From NCBI GenBank assembly GCA_963796685.1, contig CAWCMR010000025.1:768001-832000 (forward strand): a stretch of 64,000 bases of DNA, written 5' to 3'. The position numbers were made by a program, and so were the translations under genes. Each line of letters starts with the position of its first letter. Position 1 is the stretch's first letter. Under the pieces are notes generated by a model, which worked only from the letters and a program-made list of their open reading frames with translations, did no database searches and had not been told where the DNA came from. Source of the DNA: an uncultured delta proteobacterium. GTDB taxonomy: Bacteria > Myxococcota_A > Polyangia > Fen-1088. Shown piece after piece: positions 1 through 9,738 of this stretch.

Positions 1-681
1 GTCGCTGGCTACGGCGACGTGGGCAAGGGCTGCGCGCACGCCGGCCGCGGCCTGGGCGCGCGCGTGCTCATCACCGAGGTCGATCCCATCTGCGCCCTGC
101 AGGCGGCCATGGAAGGCTACGAGGTCGTCACCATGGAAGAGGCCGCCCCGCAAGGCGACATCTTCGTGACCGCCACCGGCTGCATGGACGTCATCCGCGG
201 CGAGCACATGTCCGTCATGAAGGACGAGGCCATCCTGTGCAACATCGGCCACTTTGACAGCGAGATCATGGTCAGCTGGCTGGAATCGAACCCCGAGATT
301 CGCGAAGAGAACATCAAGCCGCAAGTGGATCAGTTCATCCTCCCCGGCGGCAAGCGCCTGACCCTTCTCGCCCGCGGCCGCCTGGTGAACCTGGGCTGCG
401 CCACCGGCCACCCCAGCTTCGTCATGTCGAACTCGTTCACCAACCAGACCATCGCCCAGATGGCCCTGTGGGAGAACGCCACCAAGGGCAAGGACGCCAC
501 CACCGGCATGACCTTCGCAGCCGGCCAAGTCTACGTGTTGCCCAAGAAGCTCGACGAGAAGGTCGCGAGGCTGCACCTCAAGAAGGTGGGCGTGCACCTA
601 AGCGTGCTGAGCAAGGCCCAGGCGGATTACCTCGGGGTGGCGGTCGAGGGGCCGTATAAGCCGGATCATTACCGGTACTAG
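1..681 (+). CDS. ahcY: Adenosylhomocysteinase (SAH hydrolase), 5'-partial
   Basis: Frame open from base 1: [13 protein letters not shown]-binding motif, [31 protein letters not shown]-terminal [10 protein letters not shown]. Confidence 0.98.
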   Translation, partial: VAGYGDVGKGCAHAGRGLGARVLITEVDPICALQAAMEGYEVVTMEEAAPQGDIFVTATGCMDVIRGEHMSVMKDEAILCNIGHFDSEIMVSWLESNPEIREENIKPQVDQFILPGGKRLTLLARGRLVNLGCATGHPSFVMSNSFTNQTIAQMALWENATKGKDATTGMTFAAGQVYVLPKKLDEKVARLHLKKVGVHLSVLSKAQADYLGVAVEGPYKPDHYRY

Positions 682-684
682 GAG

Positions 685-2142
685 CAATGCCGATCGGTTA
701 GCGCGTAAGTGATCGAAATTGATCAGGAATTCCTGTGGATAACTTCGCTTCTTGCCTTTAGGCAAGAAGCGAAGTCACCATGCATCGATCTTCGATGGAG
801 AAGGTCATGCATCTGGATAGTTCCCTCAAGACGGTAAGCGTATTCACGGCGCCCGAGCAGTTCGAGAGCATCAGGCAGCACATTGACCCTGCGTGGGTGG
901 CCGAGGCTCTGGCGGCGACTGGAACAGCCACGGTGCGAAAGCGACGGCTTCCGGCCGACCAGGTGGTGTGGCTGGTGATTGGAATGGCCATGTTTCGGAA
1001 GTGGCCTATTGCGGACTTGGTTGGGAAGCTGAATTTGGTTCTGCCTGGACCACGAGCAACGGTTGTTCCCAGCACGGTCGCTGAGGCTCGGGCGCGCGTT
1101 GGTGCCGAGCCGCTGGAACGGATCTTCGAGATGAGCGCTCAGAAGTGGGGCCACGAGAGCGCGCGCAAGCACGCATGGAGAGGCCTGGCGCTCTACGGTG
1201 TGGATGGGTCCACGCTTCGCGTGGCAGACTCTCCGGAAAATCGCGCTCATTTCGGTGGAACCCGAGGCGACCGAGGCGACAGTGGCTATCCGCTGGTTCG
1301 AATCGCCGCGTTGATGGCGTTGCGTTCGCACATTCTGGTGGCCGCCGAATTCGGCCCCTACGAAGACAGTGAAATCACGCTGAGCGCGTTTCTGTGGCGA
1401 GCCGTGCCGGACAATGCGCTGGTGATGGTCGACCGCGGCTTCCTGGCAGCCGGAATCCTGGTGCCGCTGGCCCGCGATGGAAAGAATCGCCATTGGCTGA
1501 CTCGCGCCAAGTCGACCACAAAATGGCGCGTCGTGGAGCACCTCGGGAAGAACGACGACCTGGTCGAGTTGACGGTTTCGCGCGAGGCGCGAAAGCAGGA
1601 CCCAAGTTTGCCAGCGACCTATCTGGCACGTGCGATCACCTACCAGGTGAAGGGATTCCGTCCTCAGATCGTGCTCACCTCGATGCTCGACCCCGACGCC
1701 TTCCCCGCTGCCGAGGTCGCCCGCCTTTATCACGAGCGCTGGGAGCTGGAACTGGGCTATGGCGAAATCAAGACCGATATGCTCGACCGTCTCGAAAGCA
1801 TCCGCTGCCGCAGCGTCGCTGGCGTCGAGCAGGAATTGTGGGGCATTCTTCTCGCGTACAACTTGATTCGCCTCGAAATGGAAAGGACTGCCGACGATTT
1901 CGGCGTCGAGCCCACGCGCATCAGCTTCGTCACGTCACTTCGGATCATCTGTGACACCTGGTCATGGTGTGCGCTCGCCTCGCCCGGCGCTTTGCCTACT
2001 CGCCTCAAGACCATGCGAGAGCTCTTCACCAGCCTTGTTCTCCCAGAGCGGCGCACGGCCCGCAGATATCCACGGGCCGTGAAGATCAAAATGAGCAATT
2101 TCCCGAGAAAACGGCCTTCAAATGCTTAACCGACTGGCATTG
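685..2142 (+). mobile_element. IS4-family insertion sequence (1458 bp)
   Basis: Imperfect 16-bp terminal inverted repeats caatgccgatcggtta (685-700) and taaccgactggcattg (2127-2142), 14/16 match, resembling the IS4 end TAATGCCGATCAGTTAAG. They enclose one transposase ORF. The flanks are not a direct repeat. Confidence 0.93.
780..2129 (+). CDS. IS4-family DDE transposase
   Basis: N-terminal 'RKRRLPADQVVWLVIGM' IS4 domain; DDE triad VDGS / VDRGF / YHERWELELGYGEIK (YREK motif). The stop codon lies inside the right IR. Confidence 0.96.
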   Translation: MHRSSMEKVMHLDSSLKTVSVFTAPEQFESIRQHIDPAWVAEALAATGTATVRKRRLPADQVVWLVIGMAMFRKWPIADLVGKLNLVLPGPRATVVPSTVAEARARVGAEPLERIFEMSAQKWGHESARKHAWRGLALYGVDGSTLRVADSPENRAHFGGTRGDRGDSGYPLVRIAALMALRSHILVAAEFGPYEDSEITLSAFLWRAVPDNALVMVDRGFLAAGILVPLARDGKNRHWLTRAKSTTKWRVVEHLGKNDDLVELTVSREARKQDPSLPATYLARAITYQVKGFRPQIVLTSMLDPDAFPAAEVARLYHERWELELGYGEIKTDMLDRLESIRCRSVAGVEQELWGILLAYNLIRLEMERTADDFGVEPTRISFVTSLRIICDTWSWCALASPGALPTRLKTMRELFTSLVLPERRTARRYPRAVKIKMSNFPRKRPSNA

Positions 2143-3467
2143 GGGCTAAGGACTGCCTTCAGCCTCGCGGCGGCGTCGCCAGCTTGTGAGCTGTGGGCCT
2201 CGTCGGCGATGACGGCGAAGCGCTTGCCTTGGGTGGCGGCCAGCTCTCGCACGGCCTCGATGGCAAAGGGAAAGGTCTGGATGGTGCAGACCACGATTTT
2301 CTTGTCGCCTGACAGCGCCTCGGCCAGCTTGCTGCTCTTGCTGCCTTCCTTCTTGGTGATGTTGGCCACCACGCCGGTGGTGCGCTGGAAATCGAACAGG
2401 GCATCCTGAAGCTGTGAATCGATGACGTTGCGGTCCGACACCACCAGCACGCTGTCGAAGACTTTCTTGTGGTTCGCGTCGTGCAGCTCGGCGAAGAAGT
2501 GCGCGGTCCACGCGATGGAGTTGGTCTTGCCCGAGCCGGCCGAGTGCTGGACCAGGTACTTGCTCCCCGGCCCGTTGGCAAACACCGCAGCCTGCAGCTT
2601 GCGGGTCACGTCCAGCTGATGAAAGCGGGGAAAGATCAGCTTCTCGATCTGCGACTTCTTGTCGCGTGCTGAGATGACGTAACGACCGAGAATCTCCAGC
2701 CAGCTCTCCCGCTGCCACACCTTTTCCCAAAGGTAGGCCGTACGGTGGCCGCCTTGCGGGTTTGGCGGATTGCCGGCGCCGCCGTCGTTACCCTGGTTGA
2801 AGGGCAGAAAGTGCGTGGCCGGTCCCGCCAGTTTGGTCACCATGGCCGCTTCGCTGTTGCTGACCGCGAAGTGCACCAGCGTCCCACTGGGAAAGGCGAG
2901 CAGTGGCTCGGCGGGGTGGCCCTTGGAACGGGGTAGGCGGTCGAAGCGGTACTGGTCGATGGCGTCGTTCACGCTCTGGGTGAAATCGGTCTTCAGCTCG
3001 ACGGTGGCGACTGGAAGGCCGTTGAGGAACAGCACCAGATCGATGCAGTTCTCGTTGTGAAGGGAGTACTTAACCTGCCGGACCACGCGCAGCCGGTTGG
3101 CTGCGTAGCGGGCCAGAATCTCTGCGTTGATGGCCAGCGCGGGTTTGAATTCCGCCAGCTTGAGCGGCTGCCGCAGACCGAGCAGCTCTATGCCCTTGCG
3201 AAGCACGTCGAGGGTGCCACGCTGGTCGAGTTGGTCGCGCAGGCGAGCCAGCAGGGTTTCGCCGGCCTGGGCGCCGTGGTTTTTCTCCAGGGTCTCCCAG
3301 GCCTCCGGCTGGGCGGTCTGCACCCACGCCAGCACGTCGGACGGGAAGATCGCCCGTGCCCGGTCGTAGTGGGCGGCATCGCCCTCTTCGTAGAGCCAGC
3401 CGTGCCCACCGAGGTACTGGCAAATCTCGACCTCGAAGTTGATTTCCCTATGGAGGTTGGCGGGCAT
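2143..3467 (-). pseudogene. hsdR: Type I restriction endonuclease subunit R, C-terminally truncated by the IS
   Basis: Nuclease motif DLVLFLNGLPVATVELK, Walker A HSAGSGKT, DEAH. The ORF runs into the IS shortly after DEAH, at about 440 aa; helicase motifs III-VI are missing. Confidence 0.92.
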
Positions 3468-3657
3468 GGCCGGGAACCAGGATACAGCCGAAGGTCAGGC
3501 GACAGCCAATTTGGGCAGTGGGTCAGCAAATCAAGTCCAACTGGCTGCGGTTGACAGAAAATAGACCGAAAATTTAGCGAATACGAACAGGAAGCATCGC
3601 GCTAACTAGTCAAATATAACACACGTAATATCATATACTTATGCGCATTAACCTGGA

Positions 3658-3685
3658 TTGACATACAAAACCATGCTCGTATATT
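3658..3685 (+). promoter_or_regulatory. Putative sigma70 promoter of the Fic gene (near-leaderless transcript)
   Basis: TTGACA (3658-3663), 16 nt, TATATT (3680-3685) in an AT-rich intergenic region; ATG at 3696 has no obvious SD. Confidence 0.55.
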
Positions 3686-3695
3686 GATACCGACT

Positions 3696-4883
3696 ATGAT
3701 TCCCTACCAGAGACCGACCAACTGGATTTGCTACGACGCTGTGGCCATCGCGAATGCATTCGTGGATGCCAAGTCGACGGTTCTGTCTTTGAAGACGATC
3801 CCCTATCAGCGCTCGTGGGTAGAAGCCCTTCAGAAGATGGAGCTAAAGCGCGAAGTGGCAGGAACGTCGAAAATCGAAGGCGCGGAATTCACTGATCGTG
3901 AGCTCGACGCCGCGCTCAATGAGAGCCCACAGCAACTCCTAACTCGCTCGCAAAGACAAGCCCGCGCGGCCGTTCAGACCTACCGCTGGATCGCTGGCCT
4001 TCCAGACGATCAACCGATTGATTCAAACCTGATTTGCGAGATCCATCGACGGGTCGTCACGGACGCTGATGATGACCACTGTGCTCCTGGGCAAATCCGA
4101 CAGCAGGACATGAACGTGAATTTCGGATCGCCTAGACATCGGGGTGCCGAGGGTGGCCGAGAGTGTGCCGAAAGCTTTGCCGCGTTCACCAACGCCATCC
4201 AACACGACTATCGAGGGCACGATCCCATCATCCAGGCACTGGCGGCGCACTATCATTTCGCAGCCATGCACCCGTTTCTTGATGGCAACGGTCGCACCGC
4301 CCGCGCCCTAGAGGCCCTGATGCTTCAGCGAGCCGGGCTTCGCGCTACCTGTTTCATTGCGATGTCGAACTACTACTATGATGAAAAATACGAGTACCTG
4401 TCAGTGTTGGCGCAGGTACGAGAGAAGAGGCACGATCTAACCCCCTTCCTCATCTTTGGGCTGAAGGGCATTGCGCTTCAAGCGCGCAGATTGCTCACCG
4501 AAATACAGCACAACATTACGAGAGAGCTGTTCCGCAATCTTATGCTGGATCTGTTCCATCGGCTTCGCACGCCTCGGAAGAGGGTGATCGGGTTGAGACA
4601 AGTTGAAATCCTGAACATTCTTCTCGATTCCGACGGAATGGATCTGGAAACCCTGGCATCCAAGACAGCCACGACTTACAAAGAACTCAAGAGTCCTCGA
4701 ATGGCTATTATTCGAGATCTGAACGACCTAATTGGGCTTAGGACAATTGGGTTCAAGGAAATGCCCAATGGGGGCTATCACCTCTTTGTCCGGTTGGAGT
4801 GGCCAACCGAGATCACAGAAACGGAATTCTTTGGACACCTAAAGAACCTTCCCAAAGGCAAGACCCACACTTTCCTGAAGTAA
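3696..4883 (+). CDS. Fic-domain protein (class II-like, with C-terminal HTH-like extension)
   Basis: Canonical HPFLDGNGRTAR motif and N-terminal inhibitory motif TSKIEG, matching (S/T)xxxE(G/N). Alternative TTG start at 3684. Confidence 0.92.
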   Translation: MIPYQRPTNWICYDAVAIANAFVDAKSTVLSLKTIPYQRSWVEALQKMELKREVAGTSKIEGAEFTDRELDAALNESPQQLLTRSQRQARAAVQTYRWIAGLPDDQPIDSNLICEIHRRVVTDADDDHCAPGQIRQQDMNVNFGSPRHRGAEGGRECAESFAAFTNAIQHDYRGHDPIIQALAAHYHFAAMHPFLDGNGRTARALEALMLQRAGLRATCFIAMSNYYYDEKYEYLSVLAQVREKRHDLTPFLIFGLKGIALQARRLLTEIQHNITRELFRNLMLDLFHRLRTPRKRVIGLRQVEILNILLDSDGMDLETLASKTATTYKELKSPRMAIIRDLNDLIGLRTIGFKEMPNGGYHLFVRLEWPTEITETEFFGHLKNLPKGKTHTFLK

Positions 4884-4925
4884 TACCCTACGGCGCGCCC
4901 CACCGCGCCTTGGCGGCCTTCTTGG

Positions 4926-6257
4926 CTACCCCAATTTGTGTACGTCGATCTGGCCTGTGACGGCAGCGGAGATGAGGGCCGTCCGGCGTTCTTGGAGCAG
5001 GTCGATGGCCTTCTGGGCTTCGGCGGCGAGGGTGTCGAAGCATTCCGACTCGTCTTCAACGATTCGCGTGATTTCACATTGCTCCTGGAGTGGAGGGACG
5101 CAAACGCGCAGCTCACGGACTGTTTCTATTGAGACCTCATTGAAGGTTGAACCCTGCTTGCATAGCTGCCAGTAGCGTGAAACCGCATCGGTCCCCAGAA
5201 AGCTCACTAAATAGCGATTGACTATCCGGTCGTTCGGAACGATACGAGCGACCCCCCTCGACAAATTGGCTCCCATCAGAGTTGCCGGGACGACGTGAGC
5301 AGCCCCAATGGAAGCACGGATTCCTAGCAGGACTTCTCCTCCAGATAGCCGAGAACGCGGGTAGAGTTTGGCAATCTCAGCCGACGTTCGCTGGAGTTCT
5401 TTCAAGTCGAAGTTTCCGGTGGTCATGTTTGTCGTTTGGACAAATGGAACGCCATCATCGACCGGATCACCTGGCTGGACGATGCCATAGGAAACTGAGG
5501 TTCCGGAGGCTATCAATCGTTTCAACGGGATAACATCCCAGTGCTCCGGCACGTCGCCGAGCCATTCGATGCCGGAGGGTTTCATGGGGGCGCGGGGGTT
5601 CAGGCCTTTGGTGACGGCGTGGGAGATGACGGCCTGGCGCTTTTCTTTCAGCAGTTCCATCAGCCGCTGCTGCTCCGCCACCAACTCGTCAATCTTCCCC
5701 GTCTCCCGATCCAGGAACTGGATAATGGCCCGTTGCTCCGGTAGCGGAGGCGCCGCAGAGACAAGCGAACGGACATCATCCATTCCGATGGTCGCAATCG
5801 TGGCCCCCAGCGACAGGTGCTCAAGATGTTGGGACATAGCCTTCAATGAAAGCAGCAGGTATTCCGGTACCAGCTTCGGTCCGCACAGATAGGCGATGAA
5901 GTGCTGTGACACGGCCATGGGCTGGGTGGTAATCGCACACAAACCAACTGTCGCATCCCGCGAGAACACAACAGCACGAGCGGGAAGCAGGTGAGCGGAT
6001 GAGTTGGCCATGCCGAGTTCGCTGATACGGTATGCCGTGTCCGAGATGTAGTCGTTTTGACGAAGGTATAACGAATCATTTAGTGACACCCAAGGGATCG
6101 AGCAGTTGAGCCAATATTCCTCCACCGACCTAGACGGTGTGTGTCCGCTTTCGATCTGAGCAAGGTATTTGATTCTACTGACCTCCCAATGCTCCGGCAC
6201 CTCCCCCAGCCACTCCACGCCGCTGTCCTTGTATTTCGGGTAGCGTGGGAAGCTCAT
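4926..6257 (-). CDS. hsdS: Type I R-M specificity subunit S
   Basis: YKDSGVEWLGEVPEHW and MKPSGIEWLGDVPEHW repeats, PPLPEQ / PPLQEQ, LLQERRTALISAAVTGQIDV; two lower-GC TRDs. Confidence 0.96.
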   Translation of the reverse strand: MSFPRYPKYKDSGVEWLGEVPEHWEVSRIKYLAQIESGHTPSRSVEEYWLNCSIPWVSLNDSLYLRQNDYISDTAYRISELGMANSSAHLLPARAVVFSRDATVGLCAITTQPMAVSQHFIAYLCGPKLVPEYLLLSLKAMSQHLEHLSLGATIATIGMDDVRSLVSAAPPLPEQRAIIQFLDRETGKIDELVAEQQRLMELLKEKRQAVISHAVTKGLNPRAPMKPSGIEWLGDVPEHWDVIPLKRLIASGTSVSYGIVQPGDPVDDGVPFVQTTNMTTGNFDLKELQRTSAEIAKLYPRSRLSGGEVLLGIRASIGAAHVVPATLMGANLSRGVARIVPNDRIVNRYLVSFLGTDAVSRYWQLCKQGSTFNEVSIETVRELRVCVPPLQEQCEITRIVEDESECFDTLAAEAQKAIDLLQERRTALISAAVTGQIDVHKLG

Positions 6258-7003
6258 GGCCCGTCTCCCTCCGACCTCTGCGACCTCTCTTCATCCAGCT
6301 CGCGCTCGTGGAAGGGCTCTTCCAGGGTCAGGAAATCGAACAGGTAGGGATCTTTCAGCAAGCCGGTGGCCAGGCTCGCGTGAATCTCTGGCAGGGTGGT
6401 GGCGAAGTTGGTGACTGCCGTGCCCTGGCGCTCGTGGGCGCGCTGTTTGATCTGGGCGATGAGGGCTTCGCGGCTCCAACCCTGCTCGACGACTTGTCGG
6501 GCGTACCAGAGCCGCGTGGGCAGGTCCTTGACCTTCTCGATGAGTACGACGTGGTGGAACCAGGGCACGGCCAACAGACAATCCGAGGGCTGCGCGGTCG
6601 CCATGGTCTGCGCGGTCGTGGCCGGGGTGGTCAATTTTGCCGCAGTCTGTGGCAAAATTGCGGTGGGGGCTGCGGGTGACGCGGCTGGCTTGCAGCTTTC
6701 AAGTTTTGCCGCAGCCTGCGACAAAATTGGGTAGGCGCGAAAAAAGGCAATCATTCGCGATAGGTTTCGCGGGGAAAAGCCCTTCTGTTCGGGTAGCTCG
6801 TTCTTCAAGTCCACGGCCAGGCGCGGAATGACGCCTGTGCCCCAGCCCTCGTCTTGCTGTCGCGCGGTAATCAGCCTGCCGATGTCCCAGTACATCACGA
6901 CCATCTCGGCATTCGCCGACAGCGCGGCTTTGTGCTGCGCCTGGCGGACGCGTGCTTTGATGTCGGCCAAGAGGCCTTGGTAAAGGGCCAACTCCGAGGT
7001 CAT
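6254..7003 (-). CDS. DUF1016 / YhcG-family protein, N-terminal domain only (nuclease domain absent)
   Basis: [41 protein letters not shown]. Ends soon after this last motif instead of continuing into the PD-(D/E)XK domain. 4-nt overlaps with hsdM and hsdS. Confidence 0.85.
   Translation of the reverse strand: MTSELALYQGLLADIKARVRQAQHKAALSANAEMVVMYWDIGRLITARQQDEGWGTGVIPRLAVDLKNELPEQKGFSPRNLSRMIAFFRAYPILSQAAAKLESCKPAASPAAPTAILPQTAAKLTTPATTAQTMATAQPSDCLLAVPWFHHVVLIEKVKDLPTRLWYARQVVEQGWSREALIAQIKQRAHERQGTAVTNFATTLPEIHASLATGLLKDPYLFDFLTLEEPFHERELDEERSQRSEGDGP
6632..6729. repeat. Two 29-bp palindromic direct repeats inside the DUF1016 gene
   Basis: caattttgccgcagtctgtggcaaaattg (6632-6660, 10-bp perfect arms) and aagttttgccgcagcctgcgacaaaattg (6701-6729); 24/29 identical, 69-bp period. 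Confidence 0.85.
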
Positions 7004-8743
7004 TTCGTCAGGCCCTTGATCATCGTCATGATGCGGTCGGTGACACCCTTCAGCTCGGCATCGATTTCGGTCAGCGGACGCGGTGGCTTGAACACGTAAA
7101 AGTGGCGGTTGAAGGGGATTTCGTACCCGACCTTGGTCTTCTCGTGGTCAATCCACGCATCGGGCGCGTGGGGCAGGACCTCGCGCTTGAAGTAGGTTTC
7201 CACGTCTTCGGAAAGCGGCACGTTCTCGGTATCGCGCAGGTTGGCGTCGGATACCGGCTTGCCCTTACCCTTGCCCTTGGTCCCGAGCACGACCTTGCCC
7301 TTGGCATCGCGCTCGGGCCGCTCGACGGTGATGGTGCGGTAGCCGAAATCCTCGTTCTTGAAGATGCGGCTGATGGGGATGCCAGCGCGGGTGACCTTCT
7401 TGAGCTGACCGAAGATCTGGGTGATGTCCTCGATGTGGTCCGGGCTCAGCTCCTTGCGCTTGCTGCCCAGGCTCTTGCGCATCTTCTGCCAGAAACCGCT
7501 GGCGTCGATGAGCTGCACCTTGCCCTTGCGGCCGGCCGGCTTGCGGTTGCTGACGATCCACACGTAGGTGCTGATGCCGGTGTTGTAGAACATGTCCGTG
7601 GGCAGGCCGATGATGGCCTCGACCAGGTCGTTCTCCAGCACGTAGCGCCGGATCTCGCTTTCGCCCGAACCCGCGCCGCCGGTGAAGAGCGGCGAGCCGT
7701 TGAGCACGATGCCGAACCGGCTGCCACCGTCCTTGGCAGGGCGCATCTTGGAAATCAGGTGCAGCAGGAACAGCAACGAGCCGTCGCTGACGCGGGGCAG
7801 GCCGGGGCCGAAGCGGCCGTTGAAGCCTTGCTCCTCGGCCTCCTTGCGAATCTCCTTCTCGATCTTCTTCCACTCGACGCCGAAGGGCGGATTGGAAAGC
7901 ACGTAGTCGAAGGTCTTGCCGGACAGGCCGTCGGCGGACAGGGTGTTGCCGAAGATGATGTTGGCGATGTCCTGGCCCTTGATGAGCATGTCCGCCTTGC
8001 AGATGGCGTAGGACTCGGCGTTCAGCTCCTGCCCGTACATCACCAGCCGGGCCTTGGGGTTGTGGGCAGCGAGGTGCTCGCCCGCGACGCTCAGCATGCC
8101 GCCGGTGCCGGCGGTGGGGTCGTAGATGGAGCGGACCACGCCAGGCTTCGACAGGGCGTCGTCGTCCTCGATGAAGAGTAGGTTCACCATGAGCCGGATG
8201 ACTTCGCGCGGGGTGAAGTGCTCGCCGGCGGTCTCGTTGGAAAGCTCGGCGAACTTGCGGATCAGCTCCTCGAAGACCGCGCCCATGTGCGGCGTTGCCC
8301 ACGGTTTCGGGGTGCAGGTCGATGGTCGCGAACTTCTCGGTCACCAGGTAGAGCAGGCCGGCCTTGGCCAGGCGGTCAATCTGGGTGTGAAACTCGAAGC
8401 GCTCGAAGATGTCGCGCACGGCGGGCGAGAACGCCTGCATGTAGGCGCGCAGGTTTTCGCCGATGTGGTCCTGGTCGCCCATCAGCTTCTTCAGGTCGAG
8501 CGGCGAGGTGTTGTAGAAGAGCTGTCCGGACTTTCGCAGCAAGAACGGCTCGGGGTTGACCCCGGCCCCCTTGCGCTTGGCCAGCTCGGCCAGCACCGCC
8601 GACTTGGTCGGTTCCAGCACGCAGTCGAGCCGCCGCAGGACGGTGAACGGCAGGATGACCTTGCCGTACTCGGACTGCTTGTAGTCGCCACGAAGAAGGT
8701 CGGCGACCGACCAGATGAAGGACGAAAGGTTGGGTTCGCTCAT
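7000..8743 (-). CDS. hsdM: Type I R-M methyltransferase subunit M (one frameshift near 8289, probably a sequencing error)
   Basis: N-terminus [25 protein letters not shown]; after the frameshift [30 protein letters not shown] (motif I), NPPF (motif IV). Confidence 0.95.
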
Positions 8744-8846
8744 GTGCTTCGCCGTCCGGGTGACGGCGACCGGTAGTTTCTCGCGAACGGCAGAAAAAGC
8801 CAGATTGCGCGCGGCCCCCCATCACCACTGGGGGTACATTTGCGAT

Positions 8847-9656
8847 ATGACATCGCAGAGTTATGTCCACGGCTATAGCGAAACCGAGGCCACGCGCCTC
8901 GGCGATCAGGCGGGCACGCTGGCGGACTTGCTTCATCATGATACGCAATACCCTGCCGGTGCCCGCGTGCTGGAGGCCGGGTGCGGCGTGGGCGCGCAGA
9001 CGCGCATCCTGGCGCGGAGAAGCCCGGGGGCACGCTTCGTCAGCGTGGACGTCTCGGCCGAGTCGATGGCCCTGGCGCGCGCGGCGATAAGCGAGGAAGG
9101 CTTCACGAACGTGGAATTCCACCAAGCGGATCTGTTCGCACTGCCCTTCGCCGACGGGAGCTTCGATCACCTGTTCGTCTGCTTCGTGCTGGAGCACCTG
9201 CGCCGTCCCGAGGATGCCCTGCGCGCGCTCTTGCGCGTGTTGCGCCCCGGCGGCTCGCTGACCGTCATCGAGGGCGATCACGGCTCGGCCTTCTTTCATC
9301 CCAAAAGCGAGCGCGCCCAACGCACGATTGAATGCTTGAACCAAGCGCAGGCGGCGGCAGGCGGCGACGCGCTCATCGGGCGTCGCCTCTACCCGCTCTT
9401 GCGCGCGGTGGGGCTCGACGACGTGCAGGTCTCACCGCGCTTCGTGTACGCCGACAGCAGCCGACCGGCCTGGGTCGACGGTTTCACGCGCAAGACCTTC
9501 ATCGCCATGGTCGAGGGCGCGGCCGAGCCCTCCCTGCGCCTGGGCCTCATCGACCGAGCTTCGTGGGATGAAGGTATCGCCGACCTCGAGCGCAGCGCCG
9601 AGGCCGACGGCACCTTCTGCTACACCTTCTTCAAGGCCGTCGCGCGCAAGGCTTGA
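8847..9656 (+). CDS. Class I SAM-dependent methyltransferase
   Basis: VLEAGCGVG motif I, LPFADGSFD, VLRPGG. Confidence 0.9.
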   Translation: MTSQSYVHGYSETEATRLGDQAGTLADLLHHDTQYPAGARVLEAGCGVGAQTRILARRSPGARFVSVDVSAESMALARAAISEEGFTNVEFHQADLFALPFADGSFDHLFVCFVLEHLRRPEDALRALLRVLRPGGSLTVIEGDHGSAFFHPKSERAQRTIECLNQAQAAAGGDALIGRRLYPLLRAVGLDDVQVSPRFVYADSSRPAWVDGFTRKTFIAMVEGAAEPSLRLGLIDRASWDEGIADLERSAEADGTFCYTFFKAVARKA

Positions 9657-9738
9657 AAGGCCGGGCACCTTGACCGGAACGGACATCGTGCACGGTTTCC
9701 CTGTGCGACGAAGCGTTAGCACGTAAGCTTTGCTCACC

